A stretch of DNA of 64,000 bases from Guillardia theta CCMP2712 (lineage: Eukaryota; Protista; Cryptophyta), in NCBI RefSeq assembly GCF_000315625.1, contig NW_005434592.1, positions 239,225 through 303,224 of the forward strand, given 5' to 3'. A program made the translations under genes and the position numbers. Shown piece by piece: positions 63,405 to 64,000 of this stretch. The notes under the pieces were generated by a model. It was not told the DNA's origin and searched no databases. It was given only the letters and a program-made list of their open reading frames with translations. Each line of letters opens with the position of its first letter. Positions within the stretch are counted from its first letter, which is position 1.

Positions 63405-64000
63405 CCTCGTACTCCTACTCCCGTAAACTTTGAACGCTCCGTGGTACAGGTACCCCTTGGACTTGGTTCTCGAATGATTTGTACCCCCTCCAACAACACA
63501 AAAAACTCGAGGAAGGGGTGGGTATATTCCGAGCTGAACCTACCCCCGAAAAGGTTTACGTACCAACAATTATGACATCGATTTTCTGTTTTTACATCAA
63601 CCAGTTTTTAAAACTATGCTCGTCAGGTCCACCCCTGCATTGCCCTGTCTTTTAACCCCCTGCCATACTACCGTGTGTTCCCTTTTAAAAAAAACTTTAC
63701 AGAAGATGTACCGAAACTGACGATTATAAAACTTTAGTACCGTCGAAATTGTTATCTGAATGATTAAAGAGTACCAGTTCAATCTAAATCGTTTTTGAGT
63801 TAAGCCTGTAAATCAGTTTTAGATTTCTGCCTATTCACCCACCTCCCTTCTCCCTTGCTCGGACCCCTATCTTCCTCAGCACCCCGTTGGGCCGCGCCGT
63901 GACTCCCGCGTGACGCACTGCGGCAGCGCGCGAGTATGCGAGTCGCTTTTTTTAACTTAACTTTGAGTAAATGAAAGACAACGCCGGGTCCGGGCCTTTA
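63405..64000. repeat. Composite intergenic element: GTACCCC/CTACCCC tract plus start of a GC island, truncated by the window end
   Basis: ggtacccc, gtaccccc, ggggtgggta, ctaccccc; then gccgcgccgtgactcccgcgtgacg, ttaacttaactttgagt, ccgggtccgggcc. Confidence 0.45.

Overview
Gene-dense, intron-rich eukaryotic nuclear DNA. Most introns are about 41-55 nt with CTGAC/CTCAC-type branch points. Composition, intron size and gene families suggest a cryptophyte alga such as Guillardia theta (inference, not verified). I reconstructed about 21 protein-coding genes by hand-splicing. Recognisable ones: the 3' end of a D-glutamate cyclase (DUF4392), a Tousled-like kinase, a PX protein, an SLC22-like MFS transporter, DNA topoisomerase II, a SAXO/STOP-repeat protein with a C-terminal ubiquitin-like domain, a type-I membrane LRR receptor, a cNMP-binding protein, a divergent Arf GTPase, an N-acylated dPGM, a PDZ protein, an ankyrin protein, a 2373-aa IQ-LRR-C2-cNMP-SAM-EF-hand protein and a PDZ-TPR-CCDC103 fusion. 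The rest are orphans. No rRNA, tRNA, CRISPR array or transposase was seen. The strongest unexplained signal is non-coding: two recurrent DNA classes (GGGGTA/TACCCC tracts and palindrome-dense GC islands) sit upstream of gene 5' ends, often next to each other, and are absent from the tight convergent junctions. Other notable points: a probable GA-AG intron and several GC-AG introns, a recent 181-bp LRR module duplication, an in-frame TAA in an otherwise intact gene, and a repeated FxxLPSVVSWY motif flanking the PGM domain. All gene models are manual predictions without transcript evidence.
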